The notes under the pieces are model-generated. The model was not told where the DNA came from, searched no databases, and worked only from the letters and a program-made list of their open reading frames with translations. A stretch of 63,962 nucleotides of DNA, the filler included, from Conidiobolus incongruus B7586 (lineage: Eukaryota): assembly GCA_000697335.1 (NCBI GenBank). It is 9 parts of 9 records of this genome, joined end to end, with 100 filler letters (N's around TTAATTAATTAA, not from the genome) between each part and the next. Parts side by side here need not be neighbours in the genome. Positions count along the whole stretch, not along the records: positions 19,015 to 30,318 come from JNEM01000167.1; positions 30,419 to 32,465 come from JNEM01000168.1; positions 32,566 to 39,775 come from JNEM01000169.1; 6 more parts are not named here. One strand, given 5' to 3'. Within the stretch, counting starts at the first letter, position 1. Each line of letters opens with the position of its first letter. A program made the position numbers and the translations under genes. This document shows positions 27,249-38,963 of the stretch, in pieces.

Positions 27249-28790
27249 TTATTTATTTAATAATTAAAGTCTGAATTTCTTTTGTTTATTTTATTATAAA
27301 TATAATTAAATAATGAAATTGATTTAATAAATGATCAAGGTTTAGTTAAAGTTCAAAAAAAGATAATTCATTGGATTATATAAATTGGCTTATTCATTCA
27401 CATTAGTATTACACCGAATTCATATACTTCATACTTTTAATTAATAATTGAACTAGTTTTATATTTATTTGAAATACAAATCTTATTTTCAATATAATTT
27501 TGCAATATATCTTTCATTTTTGATATTCTTTTATATATATATATATATATTAAATCATAATCTATTTGCAAATTATCTTAAGATAAAAATACTTTGAAAT
27601 TTGAATTATATTAAAATTTATTTAATTATAGATAGGTAATACTATTTAAAGATTTAAGTATCAGATCATAAAATAATATAAAAATAATTAAACTTTTTGA
27701 AAAAAATTATTATATAAGATGATAATCAAGTAATAATACTTTAAATAAATATAATATGACACTATTAATTAAATTATCCTAGATATATTTTTATTTAAAA
27801 AAGTTTGTTAATAGAATTTTATATTAATATTAAATTGGATATTTATAGCTTTTAGGTTTAATTGTTATTAAAATCAGAGTTTTATTAGCTGGTTAAAATA
27901 TCAATGCTAGATTATTATCAACCTTATAAGAAATTATATATTTGCATCTTTATATATAATTTTATAAAGTGTTTAAAAATATAAAACTTAATTTTCAAAT
28001 TCAATTCTATTCCAATAATAGTATATATGGCTTAATAAAATATTAATAATATAAGTTAGCTATAATTTCAAAATTACTATATCCAAACTTTTTTTCAATT
28101 ACTATTAATCCAATATTATTTTTGTATTTTCTAAAAAACAAATGAAATCTGGTTTTAATTCTATTTTTATAATTATTTAATAAATAAATTCAAAGTTTTT
28201 TCAAATCAAATATATATTTATTTTGAATATAATAAAATTATTGAAGAATTTGAATTTTTAATATAAATATTAGAATTTGATAAAAAATTATATGCTAATT
28301 AATCAAATTAAAATTATTTTAAACTTTTTTTAATTAATCTATAATTTAATTAATAAAATTTAAGAATTTTCAAAAACCAAAAAATAATTATATTATATAT
28401 TTTTTTGAAAATTTTTATTATTAGAAAAAAGATTATTTTTATTAAAAATCTTATTCTTATTATTAATTGGTTGTTAGTAAAAATCTTTATAAAATTTTTT
28501 TAAAATTGTTATTTTTTTTATATAATTTTATATAAAAATCACTTGAAAGTATATCAAGTAATATATACTATTTATTGATATTGATAATATAAAACAAAAA
28601 TACTTAAATTTATAGTTAATGTTGTTATATATAAAGAGTAATTTTTATGATAATCTATATCAAATATTTTAACTTAATAATTAAATAACTTCTGTCAAGA
28701 AACAATTCTAATTTCGAATTATTTTTTTAGGTTATTTCGGTTAATAAATAATATATCAATGCATTTATATGATTCATAACTATTATTTTT

Positions 28791-28824
28791 TCCAAAATAA
28801 GAAATCATGATTTCTTATTTTGGA
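28791..28824. repeat. Perfect 34-bp spacer-less palindrome
   Basis: tccaaaataagaaatca|tgatttcttattttgga: 17-bp arms that are exact reverse complements. Confidence 0.9.
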
Positions 28825-30958
28825 TAAATATTAGTTAACATATTACAATAAAGTATTTTACTATTTTTGGACTAGATTATTTCATAATATATCTCGGTAT
28901 GCCTTTTTTATTTCTAATATTGACTGTGTATTTATAAAAATCAAAATTACCATATCTAATATTTAAATCTTGATTATAATTTATAGACATTATGTTACCT
29001 CAATTTTATATATCATTATATTGAAATTTTCACTTACGTGATTTATTAGAGCAGAAAATTAATAAGGGGTACTATATATTTTGTCAATGACTAATATTGT
29101 AATTAAATTACCAAGGTATTGGAACACTTCAAATTTTATTACAAAGCAAAGTTTATTTCAATTAAATCCAAATAAAAATTTTAATTCAAAAATTATTATA
29201 CTGATTTAATATCCATATTTTTCACCTATTTAATTATGTTAAATAAGATATATAATAATCGATAATGGCTAAATATACATCAAAAAATAGATCTAATTAT
29301 AATATACAATGTTTTATTATTAATTATATCAATTTTTTATTGCTTTATAATTGGACAAGAGAATTTTGATAGCAACAAACCAAAGTCAATATTGTTATGC
29401 ATATATCAAAATATTTATTTTTTGTTCATTATCATCAATTAATGAATAATCCAACATATTTATATTTTTAATATTAGATTTTTCAAATAATAGAACAGAT
29501 GTAGATTAATTTTTTAATGAAAATATAACAAATAATAAAGATATTATTGAAAATAGAGATTTTAACCATTCTAAACTAATTGAAAGAATTGAAAGATATC
29601 CTATTAAAAATTTTTAATTATCCATATAGTACTCATGAAGTTGTTTCGCAATACTAATATCAATTAAACTTAAGTTATTTGAGTTTCTTAAACTTTTAAT
29701 ATTACAAAAATATAATTTTTTTAAATATTCCTAATTTTTATAAAAATCAAAGCGTTTAAACAAAATCACAGTTATTTCAAAGATTAAATCATTTAAACTT
29801 AATTTCTATCTTAAATTAAGCACCAAGTTAAAATTCATAATAAAATTAACTAAGATAATATATCAAAAGATTTTTTTTTGCAAAAAATTTAAAATAAATC
29901 AGTTAATATATACATATATATATTATACATAGTCTGGGCAAATTATTAAAATTATTTTTAACCCAAATAAATTTTTATTTTAAAAATTATATATATGGTA
30001 TTTTTATTCTTTAGTAATATACTGAAAATTAAATCTGAGGTTAAATTATGATATAAACAGATCAAATGTTATATTATATTATTAATAATAAGAAAATGAA
30101 ATTAAGGAATTATTTTAAAATATTAAATATTATATAATATCTTTTAATTTAAAAACTTCATATAATATAATATTTAAAATTTAAATAAAGTTATTTTATA
30201 TATTACCTAATTAATCAAAAAACATTTGATTTTGTATTTTATTTTAAATATTGATAAAAATAATAATAAAAGGAAATTAAAATTAATATAATATATTAAT
30301 TTTATATTTGATTATAATNNNNNNNNNNNNNNNNNNNNNNNNNNNNNNNNNNNNNNNNNNNNTTAATTAATTAANNNNNNNNNNNNNNNNNNNNNNNNNN
30401 NNNNNNNNNNNNNNNNNNAAATATATAATTTACTATTAACTTATATATATATATTTATTTCAAACTAATAATATGTTTGAAAAATTAAAAATTAAAAAAT
30501 TTCCCATTATTTCAAATTCAAGGTAATATTTTTGTAAAAGCAACATTTTTATAGAATTGAAAAACTATAATTTTTCAAAAGTAATTTAATTATAAATTTT
30601 AAGACCTTGTGCATTTTAAAATTAACTTAGTCAATTATTTAATCTAATATAAATAGTTTATTGTTTTCAAACTAAAATTGATTCTAAAAAATTAAGGTAA
30701 AATAATATAATTAAATAGAGTTAATTTTCAATTTAGCAAAATTAAATATAAAAAAATTAATGATGAATAATTTAAATTTTTAATAATTTCAATCTGATTT
30801 CTATATATTAAAATTAATTTCAAAATCATTTTCAATTAAATCTTATTCAATCTACTGAATTCAGAATAAAAAATATAGATCTATAATTAAAAATAGTCAA
30901 TTGATAAAATATATTCAATTTTCTAAGGTATCTATTAATTAAAATATATTCTTCAAAA

Positions 30959-32465
30959 TCATTCGAAAGCTCCTGTCTTAGCCATCATTAATGGAGATTC
31001 CTTATAAATATTCCAATTGAAGCCTTCATAATGTTTCTTAAAAGCTTCCAAATCTTTCTCAAACGTGCCATTATCGATAGATTTACGAATTTGAGAGAAA
31101 AATGAGATATAGTTGTGTAAGTTGTGACTATTTTATAGTTAGTAATGGAATGTATGTTGGAAGATATAAAGTTTACCATGATAGTAGGACTGTGGACAAC
31201 ATTTCATTAGTATTCAAGAGATGAACAATATAGGCTTTGGAGAATTGCGATTGGCAGGTGTAACATCCACATTTTTTGTTAATAGGGTCAATATCTTCAG
31301 TGAAGGGATTTTCGGGTGGGTTAAGATTCACAATAGAGGGGAGAGAGTCCTCAGTGGGTGGGAATTCCAAATTCAATGCATTACCGTGGTTAGCGACGTT
31401 GGTAGCGTATGAGGAATCGAAAACGTCGATACCTTGGACAATGCCTTCCAACAATTCTTCGGGTGTGTTCATTTCGAAGCAGAAGTTAGGCTTGTCGTCG
31501 CTGGTGGTAGTAAGAGCTTCTAAACTTCGTTGAATTTGTTCTCCTTTGCGACTTGGAGTTCCGTGAAGGGAGGAGATTAAGTAGCCTAATTGATAATAAA
31601 TTAATTATTGTGTATATGGTATAATTGAATTAAAATACCATTGATATGTTCTTCAAATTCTTTGATCATTTCGCTAGCTCTCTTACGTTCGTTGTCGTAT
31701 CCAGAACCTCCCAAAACACCAAGTAAATTGTTAGGCTGTACAATATGGGTTACCAACTATTTCAACAATTCATTCTAATTCAATCTTACTTTGAGATCAG
31801 ATTCCACCAACTCCTTAAGCCACTTGGCATTCCTTCTGATAGACTTATTGGCCCTTTTCTCGGATGGCATCTTAGTAGTCGAGCACAAGACGTCATGAAG
31901 AGGTACCATTACATCAGGCTGCCAATTCTTCATCATATCGTGGTATTGTTCGGGTTTGAGCTATCATTCCCATCAATTATCATGCTTCAATCCATACTGT
32001 ATATAATTACCTTAAGTTTACCCTGATGAGCTGATAATGCCACACCAACATTATTAGTATTCAAATCTTCGTCAGCATTTTCAATTTGCTTAACGTCATT
32101 CAAATCTACCACTAACATGGGATTCTAATTTATATTAGTTACTAAATAATACAAATCATTAAGTTTTGGTAATTACTTTTGAATTAATAGCCTTTTTAAT
32201 CCCATCCTTCATAGGTTCGTGGTAATATTTCTTATCAAAACTAAATCTATGGATTAATATCAACATTGGAATAATCAATCTCTCAAACTTACTAATCTTC
32301 AACATGTATCAAACATCCCAAATTTTTTTGCTTTGTTCTTTCCAACAAATCAGCTTCTACACTTTTCACAAGATGAGGTACCATACCACCATTCTTGGTG
32401 TACAATAAACAGGTAGGAGTATCTAATTTTAGCTCGTTCTTGAGAATTAATTCACCAAGACGTAG
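30959..32465 (-). CDS. QTRT2: Queuine tRNA-ribosyltransferase accessory subunit (QTRT2/QTRTD1), multi-exon, 5' end truncated by assembly gap
   Basis: Spliced translation: RLG...LDTPTCLLYTKNGGMVPHL; QPDVMVPLHD...KRANKSIRR; GIDVFDSSY; zinc site CGCYTC...AYIVHLLNTNEML..VLL.CHNLHNY..FF..IR. Stop TGA at 30959-30961. I saw no DSGGFQ catalytic motif of QTRT1. Confidence 0.87.
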
Positions 32466-34836
32466 NNNNNNNNNNNNNNNNNNNNNNNNNNNNNNNNNNN
32501 NNNNNNNNNTTAATTAATTAANNNNNNNNNNNNNNNNNNNNNNNNNNNNNNNNNNNNNNNNNNNNTTATATATTATTAATAAATAAGGTTTCAACTTGAT
32601 ATAAAAAATTAAAATAAAAAACCATATATTTTATATAATAATTACCATATATATATAATTTACAAAGATTTGTTTATTGAAAAGAATTGCTTTTTATTAC
32701 TATATCCATTATATTTATCAGATATGAATACTTATATTTTTGATTATTTTGATAAATTAAAAAATTTTATTTAAAAAAAGAGATTTAATAATATTTTTAC
32801 TTTATATTTTAAAATCAAAAGTGTAATTTTAAAGACAAATTATAAAAACCCATATAAGAAGTTAAGCAATTACCATTGATATGGAATATTATTATTAACA
32901 AACAAGGAAGTTATTAATTATAAAAATCAAATTATTTTTGGTTTAACTTTATTTATTGTGTTAAAATATAAACTAAAATTAGCGAACATACTTTTGTACC
33001 TCTATATAATATAGCAATTTTATTATTATTTTATATAAAATTATAATCATACTATTAAAAATAAGGTAATAAATGAAATTATTCTAATAGTATATTTAAT
33101 ATTCAATACTTCTGATATATAAAGGATTCAATAAAAATATAGGATTAATAAATGGCTAGCATTTATAAAAAATTATTCTCACAATAAACTTATTATTAAT
33201 AAATAGGCATTATATAATTCTTGAAATCTTATTTCAAAACATTTAATATATGTGTAGAATATTGTTAATAGATGAATTATTCCTAATAATAATAAGAAAA
33301 TTATATAAAATAATATTATAAATTATTGAGCGAAGTGATATGATTTTATCTAATTTGATATATTCTACTTTCATTAAATTGATGAATATTTTTTTTCCAA
33401 GTTATCTGAAAATATTTTTTAAAATATGTTCCACAGAATGATCAATAACTCTCAGAGTATGGTAAATTGTAATTTAATCAAAATTGCCATATTTGTGGAA
33501 TGGGAAATTACTTGGTTGAATGAATATTCCTTTTCATCTTAAAGTTATTTTAAACCATATTTTGGCTTTTAGTTAATTTTAATTGCATAATAATTGATGA
33601 ATAAATTGTATTAAAAAGATCATTTAAATGAATTCAAGAGTGTTTGGAAGACCAATTTGGTCTATGATTAAAGTGATTTTCAAATTAAAATTACAATTCC
33701 CATTATATTAAAAATTTAGAACCAATTTTAATCTCTGATAAATAAGATTTGATCTATTTCCATTATTTAAAATTATTTCAAATCGATAATTAATATTGTA
33801 TTTATAGTTTAAATAGATAATTGAACAAGTGGAAATAATTGCCATATTAAGAAAAGAGATCAGTACTGATTAAATCATTTATAATGGATTTAAGTTCCGG
33901 TTAATATATTAACCTTTGTATTTGATACATTTAAAATTAAGTCAGAATTTCAAATTTGTCAAATTTATTCCAATCCATAATTTTAATGCAATGAAATCAT
34001 TTAAGTCGCCGAAGGATAAGATTATTAATAATTTTCGATGATTACAAGTAATTAAATATAACTAATTTTGACTAAATTATAATCAGTTATTCTATTTTGA
34101 ATTCAATCTGATATTAACTATTGAATATATCAAAATTAAATAATGTGTTCCAGTTATTTGAACGTTATTTGATCAAATATTTAATATTAAGATTAATTAG
34201 GTTATAAGTTTGATACATAGCATTTACCGTTTTTTATAGATATTTTAAACTAATTCACAGATGTTTAGTTTTGATGAGTATTATACTAATAGTTAACTTT
34301 ATATGCTTTTATCATTCGATTACTAAGAATAACTAGGAGTAATGGTTTATATATAATAAACTAATTTTGTTGAATAGAAAGTGTTATTCAGAGTTCAATG
34401 AATTCTTAAAAAAATATAGCTTCAAAATCGAACTCTTACTAAAATATAAATATATTTGATTTAAAATGATTTTGAATAATCTTCCATTTTAATTTGAACA
34501 AACTAAATTTGTAGAGAATATAGATACTAATAAATTATTATATTGATATAAATATTTTCATGCGAACTAGGTCAAAAATTAATAAACAAATGATGAAGCC
34601 ATATATTCGTATATATAGATGAATGATTGAAAAAATAAAATATATGAATAATGATGATTGAAATATATAAAAAAAGTAAATAGTCGATGAAAAAATATAA
34701 TCTAAAATTTGTAGAGGATTGTAGATGAGTGATATTAAAATAAGCTATTAATGATGTCATGAATAATGAAAAATAACTCTATTTTTTAAAAGGAATGGGA
34801 TATTACAAAAAATTTATTTATTTCTCTAATGGCCCC

Positions 34837-35137
34837 TGTCACAGTTCTCAGTGGCATCACCACTGAAATCATGATCTACAGGGAGTTGTCACCAATCCAT
34901 AGCCTGCACAACTAAAATTGTGCTGTATACTGGTAGATGAACCAATAATAAACAGAAATATATTAAGGTAAATAAGTAAGGTTTATTGTAGATATTGCAC
35001 ACAATAACAAGCTGAGGCTTAGTTATTGTACCAAAGATGGTATTTATACAGTAATACCAGTATTGAGATTGAGTCATATACACATGATATGATTCCATTG
35101 GCTGGATGGTAGGAGAGACAGGATCAGATCTATCACA
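34837..35137 (-). mobile_element. Solo LTR of an LTR retrotransposon (301 bp) adjacent to tRNA-Trp
   Basis: TG...CA termini with imperfect inverted repeats (TGTCACAG/CTATCACA) and flanking 5-bp near-duplication gcccc/gccct. On the minus strand, TATAAATA (35041-35048) is followed by AATAAA (34982-34987). GC content is clearly above the flanks. Confidence 0.75.
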
Positions 35138-35147
35138 GCCCTACTAA

Positions 35148-35219
35148 GACGTTTTGGCGCAATGGTAGCGCGTCCGCCTCCAGAGCGGAAGGCTGGGAGT
35201 TCGAGTCTCTCAAGCGTCA
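35148..35219 (+). tRNA. tRNA-Trp, anticodon CCA (72 nt, intronless)
   Basis: GACGTTT-TG-GCGC-AATGGTA-GCGC-G-TCCGC-CT-CCA-GA-GCGGA-AGGCT-GGGAG-TTCGAGT-CTCTC-AAGCGTC-A cloverleaf, immediately followed by an oligo-T Pol III terminator. Confidence 0.97.
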
Positions 35220-37442
35220 TTTTTTTTACAAAATTAATATATACTCAATATTTTATATATTTTCACTTTATTTGTCCTTAATTTAGGTTGATCATTTTCA
35301 ATATCATCTATTTAAATCCTTTAATTTCTATATATTATTATATTTTCATTCTAAATTATATTATTCAATATATAAGATTGTATATTAATAGTTAATTTTT
35401 TTCATTTGAAACAAAATCTATTTTTTTAAAGTGTTATTTTATTTTTCTTTTTAATTCCTTCAACAAAATTTATAATTGTACTTTATTAATTTTAGTAAAC
35501 AAAATAATATAGTAAAGATATTTTTTGATAGTTCAATATTTTGATTCTGGATAAATTTTAATTATTTTCTGAGTAACAATCAATAAACCTTAGGTATGTT
35601 GACTTGGTGGAGTTGACACAAGAAATATCATGATTTCATACTTCATAATACTTTTAATTTCAAATCAATTAAAGAATTTTAATAACCCAAAATTTTTACT
35701 ATTCAATTCCCGAAAATTACCGAGATAACTTTGATCAAAATGTTTGCAGCTTGATAAGTATTATTATATTAATGACTTTATACATCAAAAATTTCGCTGA
35801 ATATAAATATATACTATACTATAGTCAGAAAACTCTTATACAGATATTGGCTATTAATTTGATATATAATGGATAAAACCATTCATTGTTTTTGATTGTA
35901 TGGATTTTAAAGAATATGTTATTAAATAAATATTAACATTATTTTTTCATTATATGTGAATGTGATAAACAGAAGACATTGAAGATATTGGCCTACTATC
36001 TAAAATAAATATATCAATATGTCATTATTATAATTTTTGCATTTATTTTATTGTGTCAAAATTGAATATTTTATCCTTCAAAATCACTGCTTGAACTTGT
36101 TCCATTTAATGAATGATATTTAAATATAGTTATTACAAAGTTCTTTTTGTTTGGTGTTTAGTGATTGTATTATAATAAAAAAATTGTTAATTTCAAAATA
36201 ATCGTTGTGGTGTGAAAAGATACATTCAAGGATAAGGGTAATTAGTTTTTTAATGAACATTTAAATTTAGAAATTGGCAATAAATATTGACATGTAAAGG
36301 ACAAACTTGGTATTTGCCATATTGTCAATAGCATTTGAATGTCACCATTATTAATGAATGCTTAATGATTATTCGATTATGTACAGTTACTAAAAAATAT
36401 CTAATAAACGCAGAGTGTTAAAAAATATCAACTCTCAATAGTATGATTATTAATAATTTAATATTTATAATTTGTTGACTTTTAGAAGGAGATACACTTT
36501 TACCGTAGATTATTGACTATGAAATTGATTTTTTCTTTTTGGTGACATTCCAATTAATTATTTGGGAATGGTTTTTATATTAAATTTCATTAATAAATTT
36601 TAAACGCTATCATATTTGATTAATTTCGCAAAGATTTGGAAAATGGTAGTTATATTTAAATATGCATTTAAAGAATTATTGATTAAATAATTATTTGAAA
36701 TTATTATTTAATCAGTAATTAAATTTGACCAAATAATTATATTTTGGTATTTTAATTATACTTCAGTTATTATCACTTTTTATATCATTTTATTTTTAAT
36801 AAATTTCACATTATATCAATTCAATTAATTTTGTTCTTTCATCATATATGCAATTATCAAGATTTTTCTTGGTATACTATTCTGAGTATTGATCAGTTAC
36901 TTCATTGACTCTAAATTTTTGGTAGTATGTTTAATTATCAAATATGCATTTTAATGATAATGTTAATTATTGGAATCCGACTTAACAAAAAGAACCGAGA
37001 TTATTTGATAGTTTTAATCAAAATAAGAAAGGAACTGTAAACTATATATCTAGCAGTACCTTGTCAATAGTTGTAATTGATTTAGATTAATTTCGGTTAT
37101 ATAAATTAACCGACTAATTATCAAATTTTGTTTTTCAAAAATTTTCGACTCTCCACTCAAAATTTTCTCAAATTTCCAATTAAATTAATTGGTTAACTTG
37201 TGTCACATAAAAAAATGCAGAAATAAACTTTAGGGATTATACAAAATTTTAAACAAGCACAGATCACTAATATGCAATCATGGATAAAATGTTCTACCAT
37301 GCATTTTAGAATCATGTATAAATATTTAGCAATGTTATCAGAGTGAAAATTAACTTATTTTACATTTATTGTGTAGACTGCCTGGTTTACATATATATTT
37401 ACCGACTTTTTAAGATTACTGAATTTAAACTTGACAGTGTTG

Positions 37443-38963
37443 ATGACTGAAATAACACCCCAAATAACTAAAGAAACTGATACAGATCACTCATTATCAT
37501 CTGATACTGTTAATGAAGAAATAACTCAAGATATTATTAAAACTCTTTCTAGATCTGACTCATGTTTCCCTACACAGGCTGAGGCTGCATTCACACATGA
37601 CGTTGAAAAAAGACTCTCTAGAAGGGAGGCTAATCAACCTGCTCCTGCTAAAAGAGAATATTCCTATTCTAAGAAGGCCGGATTTTTAGGCCTCATGGGC
37701 ATTGCAGGTATCATGGGTCCGCTTGCTTCTAGTATGCACGTACCTGCTCTTCAAAGTATCATGAAAGAATTTGGAACTACTTACTCAACAACCTCGATTA
37801 CTGTCACAATTTTCTTAGTGGCCATTGGTATAGGACCATTGATCTGGGCTATGCTTTCAGATGCTTATGGTCGTAAATGGTTCACAGTTACCTCAATGAT
37901 CATTTTCGCATTAGGCTCTATTGGATGTGCACTTTCCAATAGTATTGAACTATTAATTGTCATGCGTCTGATTCAAGGTTTGGGCTCTGCCGCTCCAATG
38001 GTTATTGGGATTGGTATGATTTCTGATGTTTTCCCTCGAAGCGAAATGGGTAGAGCAATTGGATTATTTACAATTGGTCCCTTGCTAGGTCCTGTGATTG
38101 GTCCTATCATTGGTGGATATATGGCCCAATATGTTGGTTGGAGATCCTGTTTCTATCTCACTACCGGTTTAGCCGGTTTATTAGCTATTTTAGTCACGGT
38201 TTTTTTGGAAGAAACAATAGATCCTTCTAAAAAGTTACCAAGTCCAATCCATCGAAACAAGGAAACTGGTAAATTGACACTCGATAAAAATCTACCTAAT
38301 CCTTTCAGTTGTCTTCTCTTCTTAAAACATGTTGACGTCGTTCTCCTTTGTACATGGGCTAGTTTCATCTTCGGTTCTTACTACGCTATCTCTATTTCTC
38401 AACCCATTGTTGTTGGAGCTATGTATCATCTTTCTACATCTCAAGTTGGTTTAACTTTCATCAGTATTGGTGTTGGTAATATTCTTGGATCTACTGGATC
38501 AGGATACTTGTCAGATTACATTGTCAACAGATACTCTAGAAAGAATAACGGACAGACTCCACCCCCTGAACTCAGACTAAAGATTACTATGATGGGAGCT
38601 GTTGTAATTATTGCTGCACTTCTCATGAATGGCTGGTTTGTCAGCAACAACTTCCATCTTGCTGCCATTCTTTTCGCTCAATTCCTTGTCGGTGCTAGTA
38701 TGGTTAGTATGTTCTCTGGTATTTCCAACTACTACGTCGAATCTTTCCCTGGTAAGAGTGCTTCCGTATCTGCATGTAACGCTTGTGTCCGAGTTATTTT
38801 TGCAGCTATTACATCAGCAATTACTCCACCTCTTCTCTCAAGCATTGGCGTTGGTTACACGTTTACATTTTATGCCAGTTTGCAAATTCTAGGTTTAATC
38901 ATTTTATTATGTATGATTTTCTTTGGGCCTAAAATCCGCGCTCTTACTAGAAAGCAAAATTAA
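37443..38963 (+). CDS. MFS drug:H+ antiporter, 12-TM DHA1 family (ATG at 37443, intronless)
   Basis: Hydrophilic N-terminus followed by 12 TMs. Motifs GPLIWAMLSDAYGRK, MRLIQGLG, GPLLGPVIGPIIGG, GWR..F, LEET and PELRL are typical of fungal DHA1. Confidence 0.93.
   Translation: MTEITPQITKETDTDHSLSSDTVNEEITQDIIKTLSRSDSCFPTQAEAAFTHDVEKRLSRREANQPAPAKREYSYSKKAGFLGLMGIAGIMGPLASSMHVPALQSIMKEFGTTYSTTSITVTIFLVAIGIGPLIWAMLSDAYGRKWFTVTSMIIFALGSIGCALSNSIELLIVMRLIQGLGSAAPMVIGIGMISDVFPRSEMGRAIGLFTIGPLLGPVIGPIIGGYMAQYVGWRSCFYLTTGLAGLLAILVTVFLEETIDPSKKLPSPIHRNKETGKLTLDKNLPNPFSCLLFLKHVDVVLLCTWASFIFGSYYAISISQPIVVGAMYHLSTSQVGLTFISIGVGNILGSTGSGYLSDYIVNRYSRKNNGQTPPPELRLKITMMGAVVIIAALLMNGWFVSNNFHLAAILFAQFLVGASMVSMFSGISNYYVESFPGKSASVSACNACVRVIFAAITSAITPPLLSSIGVGYTFTFYASLQILGLIILLCMIFFGPKIRALTRKQN

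Noticed and set aside
31221..32026. Plus-strand and alternative-frame ORFs overlapping real genes (QTRT2, both MFS genes, GT2, kinase)
   Set aside because: Shadow ORFs of well-supported coding sequences.
34889..35098. 69-aa ORF upstream of tRNA-Trp
   Set aside because: Lies wholly within the inferred LTR and has no protein motifs.
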